Source: Alkalihalobacillus sp. R86527 (lineage in GTDB: Bacteria; Bacillota; Bacilli; Bacillales; Guptibacillaceae). Taken from it: a DNA stretch of 24,000 nt. How positions within the stretch are numbered: the first letter of the stretch is position 1; each line of letters begins with the position of its first letter. The notes beneath the pieces are model-generated. The model was not told the origin of the DNA and made no database searches. It saw only the letters and a list, made by a program, of their open reading frames with translations. The stretch spans positions 1,610,666 to 1,634,665 of the forward strand of contig NZ_JAXHBW010000001.1 in NCBI RefSeq assembly GCF_042466185.1, given 5' to 3'. The translations under genes and the position numbers were made by a program. Below are positions 16,889 through 24,000 of the stretch, in pieces.

Positions 16889-18316
16889 ATGGAGAAATAT
16901 GACTTGATCGTGATAGGTGGAGGGTCGGGAGGATTAACAGCTGCAGCTGGAGCTGCTAACATGGGAGCGAGCGTTGCATTGATCGATGATCAACCCGGTC
17001 TTGGTGGCGATTGTTTGCACTTTGGATGTGTGCCTTCTAAGGCTTTTATTTCGGCAGCAAGGGAAGTTCATGCCGTTTACAAAGGGGCAAAAGAATTTGG
17101 ATTATCTGTTAGCGGAGAAGTTCGATTTCAAAGAGCCATTGATCGAGTTCATGAAGCTATTGAGGACATCCAAGAAATCGATAGCGATCAGCGATTTGAA
17201 GACCTTGGTATAACGATTTACCGTGGGAAAGGTTCCTTCGTGGACGAACACACTGTATCGATTGATGGTGAAAATACAATTAAAGGAAAAAGAGTAATCA
17301 TTTCTACAGGTTCTAGTCCTAGTGTTCCTCCTATACAAGGTGTTGATCAAGTACCTTTTCTTACAAATGAAACGATATTTAATTTAGATCATCTACCTGA
17401 AAGTATTGTGTTTATTGGTGGAGGAGTTGTAGGGCTCGAGCTTGCTCAATCATTAGCAAGGTTCGGAGCGAATGTGACGGTCATCGAAACATCTCAGACA
17501 ATCTTAAAAAAAGAAGATGGCGATATTATTCCTGTAGCAAGAGAAATCTTAGAAAAAGAACTTACCTTTATTTACAAAGCGGAGGTAACTGGGATTTCTA
17601 CACGTGATGGGAAAAAGGCTGTAATGTATAAGGTTGATGGAAATGAAGAAGAGTTACTCGTTAACGAGATCATGATGTCAACAGGGAGAAAGCCCAATAC
17701 AGATAAGCTAAACCTTGAAGCTGCAGGCATAGAAAGCAATAAAGGATATATTACTGTGAATGATCAGTTACAAACTTCTAAATCACATATCTACGCTATA
17801 GGAGACGTTAACGGAGCTTTTCCATTCACACATGGAGCTGGAATGGAAGGGAAATTGATTATACAAAATGCGGTATTTGGATTAAGAAGAAAAGTGAACT
17901 ATGATAATGTACCATGGGTAACGTATACTGACCCGGAAATCTTCCATCTTGGCTTAACTGAGGAAGAAGCAAAAGAAAAACATGGTCAGAATATTCGTAT
18001 ATTCAAAGTTGATGTAGCTGACGTCGATCGCTTTATTGCAGAGCGGAAAAAAGATGGTCTTGTGAAAGTGATTACAGATTCAAAAGGGAAAATATTAGGA
18101 GCACATGCTGTTGGAGAAGATGCATCGAGTTGGATGCAGGAAATTGTTTTTGCAAAAGAACATGGGCATAAGCTAGGTGATTTATCTACCGTCATTCACC
18201 CATATCCTACTAAGGGAGCGATCCTGAATCAAGCATCAGATCTGTACTGGCGTGAAAAACTTTTTGATGGGATCTTTCCAAAGGTTGCTGAAAAATACAT
18301 TAAATGGGTCAGGTAA
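16889..18316 (+). CDS. Class I pyridine nucleotide-disulfide oxidoreductase (dihydrolipoyl dehydrogenase / mercuric reductase-like flavoprotein)
   Basis: FAD fold VIGGGSGG, redox-active disulfide GGDCLHFGCVPSK, NAD(P) fold FIGGGVVGLE, AIGDV motif and a dimerisation domain. AGAGGGG lies 8 nt before ATG 16889; the tracked ORF starts at GTG 16880. Confidence 0.85.
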   Translation: MEKYDLIVIGGGSGGLTAAAGAANMGASVALIDDQPGLGGDCLHFGCVPSKAFISAAREVHAVYKGAKEFGLSVSGEVRFQRAIDRVHEAIEDIQEIDSDQRFEDLGITIYRGKGSFVDEHTVSIDGENTIKGKRVIISTGSSPSVPPIQGVDQVPFLTNETIFNLDHLPESIVFIGGGVVGLELAQSLARFGANVTVIETSQTILKKEDGDIIPVAREILEKELTFIYKAEVTGISTRDGKKAVMYKVDGNEEELLVNEIMMSTGRKPNTDKLNLEAAGIESNKGYITVNDQLQTSKSHIYAIGDVNGAFPFTHGAGMEGKLIIQNAVFGLRRKVNYDNVPWVTYTDPEIFHLGLTEEEAKEKHGQNIRIFKVDVADVDRFIAERKKDGLVKVITDSKGKILGAHAVGEDASSWMQEIVFAKEHGHKLGDLSTVIHPYPTKGAILNQASDLYWREKLFDGIFPKVAEKYIKWVR

Positions 18317-18334
18317 GAGAAAAGGATGATTTGA

Positions 18335-19414
18335 TTGAAAAAGTTGTTGTTAATCGGGGGAGGACACGCTCACCTCTATTTAATTAAGAAATTACAAGAT
18401 GAAGAACTGGAAGTTGAAGTAACAGTCATGTCTCCTTCTGAATACCAGTATTATTCAGGTATGTTTTCTGGCTATATGGAGGGGATCTATAGTTTTGAGA
18501 ATATCCGAATTCATCTCCCTACTCTTGCAGATAAAGCAAAGGTTTCGTTCATAAGAGGAGCAGCATTATCGATCGATGCAGAAGCGAAAGTGGTATTAAC
18601 TGAGAAGGGAGATATTGTTTCATATGATATGCTATCGATTGATATTGGATCTTATACTGGTGGGATCGATGTGCCAGGAGTAAGGCAGCATGCTCTTCGA
18701 ATCAAACCTACGTACCGAATTGAAGAAGTTGCAAACAAAATGTGGGAAGCTAATAATCCTGTAGTTGTAGGTGGGGGTGCCGCGGGGATAGAGATGGCGC
18801 TTTCCTTGAATGCAAAGAGACAGGCTGAAGGCAAAGCAGCCGTAACGTTAATAACGCAGTCAACGCTATTAACAGGAGAGCACGAAAAAACACAAACTAA
18901 AATTCAAGAAATAGCAACGGAAAAAGGCTTGAATGTTCATCAGAACGAAAGAGTTTCAAATGTTACTTCCTCAAGCATCATAACCTCTGAAGGAAATCAG
19001 ATCTCTTATGATCAACTTCTCTGGTTGACTGGTCCAAAAGCACCAGGGATTTTCCAAACCTCTAAATTACCCGTTGATCATAATGGCTATTTGTTAGTTG
19101 AAGATACGCTACAAGTGAAGGAATATCCTGCTATATTTGCAGCTGGAGATTGTGCATCGCTTAGAGATTACCCAAACCTTCCAAAATCAGGTGTTATTGC
19201 AGTAAGGCAGTCAGAAGTCTTGTGGAATAATATTAAAGGCTTTATTAAAGGAGAAGATGGTATCCGTTTTCAACCAAAAGAGAGATATTTATCAATTCTC
19301 TCAACTGGAAATAAAGATGGACTATTATTATATGGAAACGTAAGTCTTCATCACCATTTCTCATGGAAGCTAAAAAATAAAATTGATCGAAGGTTTATAG
19401 AGAACTACCAATAG
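18335..19414 (+). CDS. FAD-dependent NADH-dehydrogenase-like oxidoreductase (Pyr_redox_2 type) lacking a redox disulfide
   Basis: N-terminal LLIGGGHAHLY dinucleotide fold, second fold VVVGGGAAGIEMAL and FAAGDCAS motif. TTG start with AGGA 8 nt upstream. Confidence 0.75.
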   Translation: MKKLLLIGGGHAHLYLIKKLQDEELEVEVTVMSPSEYQYYSGMFSGYMEGIYSFENIRIHLPTLADKAKVSFIRGAALSIDAEAKVVLTEKGDIVSYDMLSIDIGSYTGGIDVPGVRQHALRIKPTYRIEEVANKMWEANNPVVVGGGAAGIEMALSLNAKRQAEGKAAVTLITQSTLLTGEHEKTQTKIQEIATEKGLNVHQNERVSNVTSSSIITSEGNQISYDQLLWLTGPKAPGIFQTSKLPVDHNGYLLVEDTLQVKEYPAIFAAGDCASLRDYPNLPKSGVIAVRQSEVLWNNIKGFIKGEDGIRFQPKERYLSILSTGNKDGLLLYGNVSLHHHFSWKLKNKIDRRFIENYQ

Positions 19415-19419
19415 TAAAA

Positions 19420-19452
19420 GGCAGGCTTTCACTGACAGCCTGCCTTTTATGA
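19420..19452 (+). terminator. Rho-independent terminator ending the 8-gene operon
   Basis: AGGCAGGCT (19422-19430) pairs with AGCCTGCCT (19440-19448) across a 9-nt loop, followed by TTTTA. Confidence 0.8.
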
Positions 19453-19746
19453 TGCATTTCGTTCTTTTCTCGCAGTTTTGAAGAATAATAGTTCATATAT
19501 GATTGGAACGATTAGTAAGGAGAAGTGTTGGCGTTAGCAATGCATCTAGAGGTATGAAGGTTTCGGAATGTGTCATTTCTTGCCGATCACGTTTATAATG
19601 GGAATAGAGGTAATAGCTGAAAAGCAAATGACACTATAGCTCTACGAAGTGCTCGACCAGAGATACTCATAAAAAAACTTTCTACTGAGGATAAGGAAAC
19701 AGTTTATGAACCGTTTCTATAGATGAAAAGGAAGAGGAGTGAAAAG

Positions 19747-20064
19747 ATGAAGTTACAGTTTACAGATAGAGCGATTGAAAAACTAGAGTCAGAGCAAAAA
19801 GGTTACTTTAAGCTGAATTATGATATTGAGGATTGTGGATGTGTCGTCAACGGAGTTACGCAGCTTGTATTGGATTCAGAGGTTGGTGACTACGACTTAG
19901 AGTTAGAAACTAATTTTCGACCGGTTAGAGTACAGAAACAATATGCAGTGTTTTTTGATGAGGATATGAAGGTAGACTTTCTACCAAAATATCATTGTTT
20001 TATGTTGAAAAGTGATAATGAGATATTGAACCCAAGAATGCGTTATATCAATCGTATTTCGTAG
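19747..20064 (+). CDS. HesB/IscA-fold 'iron-sulfur cluster biosynthesis family' small protein (YneR-like)
   Basis: 105 aa reading MKLQFTDRAIEKL...YFKLNYDIEDCGCVVNGV...FFDEDMKVDF...LKSDNEILNPRM, which matches my memory of the Bacillus YneR-type family. GGAAGAGGAG precedes ATG 19747; the tracked ORF starts at 19723. Confidence 0.65.
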   Translation: MKLQFTDRAIEKLESEQKGYFKLNYDIEDCGCVVNGVTQLVLDSEVGDYDLELETNFRPVRVQKQYAVFFDEDMKVDFLPKYHCFMLKSDNEILNPRMRYINRIS

Positions 20065-20082
20065 TGTAGGAGGCTTTTAATC

Positions 20083-20244
20083 GTGTCGTTTATTACTTAT
20101 TTTCTTTTGTTTTTTCTCGTTTATCTTATTGTAAAAGGAATCTCTAATTTTCTAAAGGAAAAGAAAATGGATCGCATTTCATTTATTGGTGGAATAATAT
20201 TAGCCTTGATTTATAGCACGATTTTAACAATATTCAAAGGATAA
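20083..20244 (+). CDS. Small (53 aa) two-helix membrane protein, not in the supplied ORF track
   Basis: TAGGAGG (20067-20073) lies 9 nt before GTG 20083. Translation: MSFITYFLLFFLVYLIVKGISNFLKEKKMDRISFIGGIILALIYSTILTIFKG*. A terminator hairpin starts immediately after the stop. Confidence 0.5.
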   Translation: MSFITYFLLFFLVYLIVKGISNFLKEKKMDRISFIGGIILALIYSTILTIFKG

Positions 20245-20272
20245 AAGGAGCACGGTGATGTGCTCCTTTTAT
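20245..20272. terminator. Bidirectional terminator between the small membrane protein gene and the convergent HMG-CoA lyase gene
   Basis: AAGGAGCAC (20245-20253) pairs with GTGCTCCTT (20260-20268) across a 6-nt loop. T-runs follow on the plus strand and A-runs precede the stem. Confidence 0.7.
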
Positions 20273-20298
20273 TTTTAGTTAACCATAATTAAAATATG

Positions 20299-21207
20299 TT
20301 AGTTAGTTTTTGCTGAGACTTCTTTTTGATAAAGGGTACGATAGGGTGTACTAATAGATCGTGAAAGGTGTGGCTCTATCTCATCGATTGCCATCATGAG
20401 TTTATTTAAGTTAATCCCAGTAGCGACGCCCATCCGTTCTAACATGTAAACAACGCTTTCTGTTGCAACGTTGCCTGTTGCTCCTTTGGCAAAAGGACAA
20501 CCGCCAAGTCCACCTGCAGACGTGTCAAACCTTGAAATACCTGCTGTGAGACAGGCGTAAATATTAGCAAGTGCCATACCCCTAGTATCATGAAAATGAG
20601 CAGTCAGTAGGGTGGTTGGAAATTCCTTTTTTAGTGTATGGAAGAGGTGATAGGATTCTTCTGGGGTGGCCATGCCGATTGTATCAGCAACACTAAGCTC
20701 ATCTACTCCGGCGTTAACGAACTTCCTGCACACATCTAGCGTATCTTGTAATGCTATCTGCCCTTCATAGGGACAGTAGAAAGCAGTTGAAATGCATGCG
20801 CGAACAAAGTAACCGTCCCGTTTCAACTCATCTACTAAAACGGTCAGTTCTTCTAATAATTGTTCGGTTTCTTTATTGCTGTTCTTTTGATTAAACGTAT
20901 TACTTACACCTGCAAATAAAGCAACGGCTGAAACATTTGTTTCCTTTATTCGTTCGATGCCTTTTCTGTTAGGTGCAAGTACGAAATTTCTAGATTCATC
21001 TAGACATGAGTCGGTAATTCCTTTGGCGTCTTTCATCTGTGGAACCCACTTCGGAGAAACGAAAGAAGTAATTTCCATCTCTTTAATACCTGAATCTTTA
21101 AGTGCACTTATAAAGTTAATCTTATTTTCAGTAGGCACATAATTTGCTTCGTTTTGGAGACCATCTCTTGGGCCCACTTCGATTATTGTCGCTTGTTCTG
21201 GTATCAT
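20299..21207 (-). CDS. Hydroxymethylglutaryl-CoA lyase
   Basis: IIEVGPRDGLQNE, HFHDTRGMALAN and GGLGGCPFAKGATGNVATE motifs. The preferred start is Met59 of the tracked ORF (ATG 21207), with GAGAGG 9 nt upstream, giving a typical length of 302 aa. Confidence 0.9.
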   Translation of the reverse strand: MIPEQATIIEVGPRDGLQNEANYVPTENKINFISALKDSGIKEMEITSFVSPKWVPQMKDAKGITDSCLDESRNFVLAPNRKGIERIKETNVSAVALFAGVSNTFNQKNSNKETEQLLEELTVLVDELKRDGYFVRACISTAFYCPYEGQIALQDTLDVCRKFVNAGVDELSVADTIGMATPEESYHLFHTLKKEFPTTLLTAHFHDTRGMALANIYACLTAGISRFDTSAGGLGGCPFAKGATGNVATESVVYMLERMGVATGINLNKLMMAIDEIEPHLSRSISTPYRTLYQKEVSAKTN

Positions 21208-21225
21208 GATTATCAGCCTCTCATT

Positions 21226-21239
21226 TGTAAGCGTTATCT
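21226..21239. promoter_or_regulatory. Candidate catabolite-responsive element (cre, CcpA site) in the divergent intergenic region
   Basis: TGTAAGCGTTATCT matches 13 of 14 positions of TGWAANCGNTNWCA. It lies 19 nt upstream of the HMG-CoA lyase start codon. Confidence 0.45.
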
Positions 21240-21372
21240 TTTTTATTAAAACAAAGCTAAGGTATTGTTGCAAGAAAATCGTTAGAATAATGGGAATTCT
21301 ATTTCTTTGAAGGATTTTTCTTATCAAAGTAAGAATTATGTAGAAGAGAGTCACTTTAAGGAGGAAAATGCG

Positions 21373-22557
21373 ATGAATCAAGATGTAGTAATTGTAAGCG
21401 CTGTCAGAACCCCTATAGGGTCTTTTAGTGGTGCTTTGAAGAATATTTCAGCACCAGACCTTGGTGCGTTAGCTATTAAAGAATCAATCCGAAGAGCTGG
21501 CATTACGCCTGATCAAATAGAAGAAGTCATTATGGGTAATGTACTTCAAGCTGGGCTAGGTCAAAACCCAGCAAGGCAGGCAGCTATAAAAGCAGAAATT
21601 CCAGTAACTACGCCTGCGATGACCATTAATAAAGTATGTGGGTCTGGATTGAAAACAGTTCATCTAGGTGCACAATCAATCATGCTTGGTGATCAAGATA
21701 TTGTGGTAGCTGGAGGAATGGAAAATATGAGCCAAGCTCCATATCTTCTTCAAGGAGCGAGAGATGGACTTAGAATGGGCGATCAAAAGATTGTCGATAG
21801 TATGGTCCACGACGGACTTTGGTGTGCATTTAATGATTATCATATGGGAGTAACTGCAGAAAACCTTTGCGAGCATTACAATTTGTCGCGAGAAGAGATG
21901 GATGAATTTGCAGCTTCAAGTCAACAAAAAGCTCAAGTCGCGATTGAAGAAGGACGTTTTAAAGATGAAATTGTCCCTGTCTCGATCCCCCAACGTAAAG
22001 GTGACCCTGTAATCTTTGATACAGATGAATATGTGAAACCAGGTACGACATCTGACAAGCTTGGTAAGCTTCGACCTGCTTTCAAGAAAGATGGTCGTGT
22101 AACTGCAGGGAATGCTTCAGGAATTAATGATGGAGCAGCAGCTGTTGTGTTGATGAGTCGTAAGAAAGCAGAGGAACTAGGAGTTGAATATCTAGCCGTT
22201 ATTAAGGCTAACGCAAGCGGTGGCGTAGACCCAAGTGTTATGGGGCTCGGACCAGTTCCTGCAACTAAAAAGGTACTAGAGAGAGCAAGTCTATCGATGA
22301 GTGACATGGACTTAGTGGAAGCTAACGAAGCATTCGCTGCACAGTCTCTCGCTGTAGGAAGGGATTTAGATTTTGATCGTGAGATTCTTAATGTTAATGG
22401 AGGAGCAATTGCGTTAGGACATCCAATTGGGGCGAGTGGAACGAGAGTCTTAGTTACACTTATTCATGAGATGAAACGAAGAAATAATCGATATGGACTT
22501 GCCACACTCTGTATTGGTGGTGGACAAGGGGTAGCGACAATAATAGAAAGACCTTAA
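21373..22557 (+). CDS. Acetyl-CoA C-acetyltransferase (thiolase II)
   Basis: NKVCGSGLK (nucleophilic Cys), [15 protein letters not shown] and CIGGGQG motifs. AAGGAGG precedes ATG 21373. The tracked ORF's upstream 22 codons overlap the divergent region. Confidence 0.92.
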   Translation: MNQDVVIVSAVRTPIGSFSGALKNISAPDLGALAIKESIRRAGITPDQIEEVIMGNVLQAGLGQNPARQAAIKAEIPVTTPAMTINKVCGSGLKTVHLGAQSIMLGDQDIVVAGGMENMSQAPYLLQGARDGLRMGDQKIVDSMVHDGLWCAFNDYHMGVTAENLCEHYNLSREEMDEFAASSQQKAQVAIEEGRFKDEIVPVSIPQRKGDPVIFDTDEYVKPGTTSDKLGKLRPAFKKDGRVTAGNASGINDGAAAVVLMSRKKAEELGVEYLAVIKANASGGVDPSVMGLGPVPATKKVLERASLSMSDMDLVEANEAFAAQSLAVGRDLDFDREILNVNGGAIALGHPIGASGTRVLVTLIHEMKRRNNRYGLATLCIGGGQGVATIIERP

Positions 22558-22579
22558 TAATAGAGGAGGCATATAGCAT

Positions 22580-23266
22580 ATGAAACCTATTCTAAATTCA
22601 TTTGATGAAGCAGTAAAAGATATACAGGATGGTGCGACCCTTTTGGTAGGTGGGTTCGGCCTTGTAGGTATTCCAGAGAATTTAATTATAGCTATTCGAG
22701 ACAAAGGTGTTAAAGACCTAACCGTTATTTCTAACAATTGTGGAGTAGACGATTGGGGTCTTGGTCTTCTCTTGAAAAATAAACAGATTAAAAAGATGGT
22801 AGGTTCTTACGTAGGTGAAAACAAAGAGTTTGAGCGTCAAGTACTGTCAGGAGAGTTAGAAGTAGAGTTAATCCCTCAAGGAACATTAGCTGAGCGAATT
22901 CGTGCTGGTGGTGCAGGGATTCCAGCTTTCTACACGCCTGCTGGAGTAGGAACTCCAATTGCAGAAGGTAAGGAAGTTCGGAGCTTTGATGGGAAAGAGT
23001 ATTTGCTTGAGCCTGCAATAAAAGCTGACTTTTCACTCGTTCGAGCTGCTAAAGCTGATTTGATGGGAAATCTTGTTTATAACAAAACTGCTCGTAATTT
23101 CAATCCTATGATTGCGGCAGCAGGTGAAGTGACCATCGCTGAAGTGGAAGAGGTTGTCGAAAACGGAGCGCTTGAACCAGATCACATTCATACTCCAAGT
23201 ATTTATGTGCAAAAAGTAATCGTTGGTGAACAAGAAAAGAGAATCGAAAGACTAACGACTAAGTAA
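22580..23266 (+). CDS. scoA: 3-oxoacid (succinyl-CoA:acetoacetate) CoA-transferase subunit A
   Basis: N-terminal segment [20 protein letters not shown] is typical of the family I CoA-transferase A subunit. GAGGAGG RBS. Confidence 0.9.
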   Translation: MKPILNSFDEAVKDIQDGATLLVGGFGLVGIPENLIIAIRDKGVKDLTVISNNCGVDDWGLGLLLKNKQIKKMVGSYVGENKEFERQVLSGELEVELIPQGTLAERIRAGGAGIPAFYTPAGVGTPIAEGKEVRSFDGKEYLLEPAIKADFSLVRAAKADLMGNLVYNKTARNFNPMIAAAGEVTIAEVEEVVENGALEPDHIHTPSIYVQKVIVGEQEKRIERLTTK

Positions 23267-23277
23267 GGAGGCTAACC

Positions 23278-23946
23278 ATGACAAAAGTAGATAAAGCAAC
23301 AGTTAGGGAAAAGATTGCAAGAAGAGCCGAGAAAGAAATTAACGATGGTTTTTATGTGAATCTTGGTATAGGGATGCCTACGATGGTTGCTAACTATATA
23401 CCTGAAGGGAAAAAGATCGTTCTTCAATCTGAAAATGGCCTTCTCGGTATAGGACCATATCCAACTGAAAGTGAAGTCGATCCTGACTTAATCAATGCGG
23501 GGAAAGAAACGGTTACAGCGATGCAAGGAGCTGCGTATTTTGATAGTGCAGAATCTTTTGCCATGATTCGAGGTGGACATATCGATGTTGCGATCCTCGG
23601 TGGTATGGAGGTATCGGAGAACGGTGACCTTGCGAACTGGATGATCCCAGGTAAGATGATCAAGGGAATGGGTGGAGCGATGGATTTAGTGCATGGAGCT
23701 AAACGAATCGTAGTCATCATGGACCACGTTAATAAGAATGGGGATCCAAAAATATTGAAAGATTGTTCATTACCTTTGACAGGAAAAGGTGTAGTCAATC
23801 GAATCATTACTGACCGTGCTGTTTTCGATGTGGCAGATGAAGGATTGGTACTAAGGGAAGTTGCAAAAGGATTTACTGTCGATGAGATCAAGCAATCAAC
23901 AGAGCCTGAAATTATTGTAAAAGACGTGCTCATGGACGCATTTTAA
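23278..23946 (+). CDS. scoB: 3-oxoacid CoA-transferase subunit B
   Basis: [12 protein letters not shown] contains the catalytic-Glu SENG motif. It begins 11 nt after subunit A, with an AAGGAGG RBS. Confidence 0.9.
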   Translation: MTKVDKATVREKIARRAEKEINDGFYVNLGIGMPTMVANYIPEGKKIVLQSENGLLGIGPYPTESEVDPDLINAGKETVTAMQGAAYFDSAESFAMIRGGHIDVAILGGMEVSENGDLANWMIPGKMIKGMGGAMDLVHGAKRIVVIMDHVNKNGDPKILKDCSLPLTGKGVVNRIITDRAVFDVADEGLVLREVAKGFTVDEIKQSTEPEIIVKDVLMDAF

Positions 23947-23954
23947 TATAAAAA

Positions 23955-23985
23955 AACGCAGTCTCACTAGAGACTGCGTTTTTTC
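23955..23985 (+). terminator. Rho-independent terminator after the thiolase/CoA-transferase operon
   Basis: AACGCAGTCTC (23955-23965) pairs with GAGACTGCGTT (23970-23980) across a 4-nt loop, followed by TTTTTT. Confidence 0.85.
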
Positions 23986-24000
23986 ACAGAGTGTCGAGAA

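Noticed and set aside
16889-18316. Annotating the CxxxxC flavoprotein as mercuric reductase MerA or as the E3 component Lpd
   Set aside because: It has no NmerA domain, no C-terminal Cys pair and no mer genes nearby. There are also no E1 or E2 genes nearby, and the His-Glu dyad Glu is not evident. A generic PNDR call was kept.
19453-19722. 270-bp gap after the operon, inspected for a riboswitch, an sRNA or gene remnants. The minus strand has short frames such as MSISGRALRRAIVSFAFQLLPLFPL and a 51-codon start-less frame.
   Set aside because: I recognised no conserved RNA motif, no convincing RBS, promoter or terminator set, and no recognisable peptide. There is insufficient evidence for any call.
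21208-21381. 58-codon N-terminal extension of the HMG-CoA lyase ORF, and the 22-codon extension of the thiolase ORF (21307-21372), which overlap each other on opposite strands
   Set aside because: Both extensions are hydrophobic or low-complexity sequence with no family counterpart. The internal ATGs have good RBSs and give canonical protein lengths and N-termini (MIPEQATIIEVGPRDG and [16 protein letters not shown]).
1-24000. Scan for CRISPR repeats, IS or transposon ends, integrases, phage genes, toxin-antitoxin pairs, defence-system signatures (nucleases, helicases, NTPases) and rRNA or tRNA genes
   Set aside because: None were found. All sizeable ORFs are metabolic, transport or envelope genes. 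The only repeat is the intragenic duplication at 10271-11353. Neither GNAT gene has a small upstream antitoxin-like partner.

Overview
This window looks like an ordinary chromosomal region of a low-GC Firmicute, probably Bacillaceae, judged from AGGAGG-type ribosome-binding sites (RBS), lipobox and sortase-type signals, and gene content. Its secreted proteins are acidic, which may point to a salt-adapted host. I saw no rRNA, tRNA, CRISPR array, transposase, integrase or phage gene.

Gene order:
- A BCCT/OpuD-type osmolyte transporter (+).
- A 724-aa FUSC/YccS-type membrane protein (+), preceded by a short overlapping upstream ORF.
- A four-gene A-family heme-copper terminal oxidase operon (-), in the order subunit II, I, III, IV.
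- A LysE-family exporter (-).
- A short remnant of a decayed gene.
- Two GNAT acetyltransferases (+).
- A secreted acidic protein made of two about 177-aa tandem repeats, with a C-terminal MPKTG sorting signal (+).
- A tightly packed 8-gene operon (+): lipoprotein solute-binding protein, two permeases, ABC ATPase, TVP38/DedA-superfamily protein, CDP-alcohol phosphatidyltransferase and two flavoprotein oxidoreductases.
- A HesB/YneR-like protein and a small membrane protein that is absent from the ORF track (+).
- HMG-CoA lyase (-), divergent from thiolase plus CoA-transferase subunits A and B (+), with a cre-like site between them.

Most noteworthy:
1. The 8-gene operon has the same component set as the uncharacterised E. 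coli ydjXYZ-ynjABCD-ynjE-ynjF locus, and adds two flavoproteins.
2. The oxidase has quinol-oxidase-like organisation, but its subunit II carries a complete CuA ligand set and no cytochrome c domain.
3. I could not place the repeat domain of the sortase-type surface protein in any family.

All calls come from reading the translations and the DNA by eye. No database searches were run.
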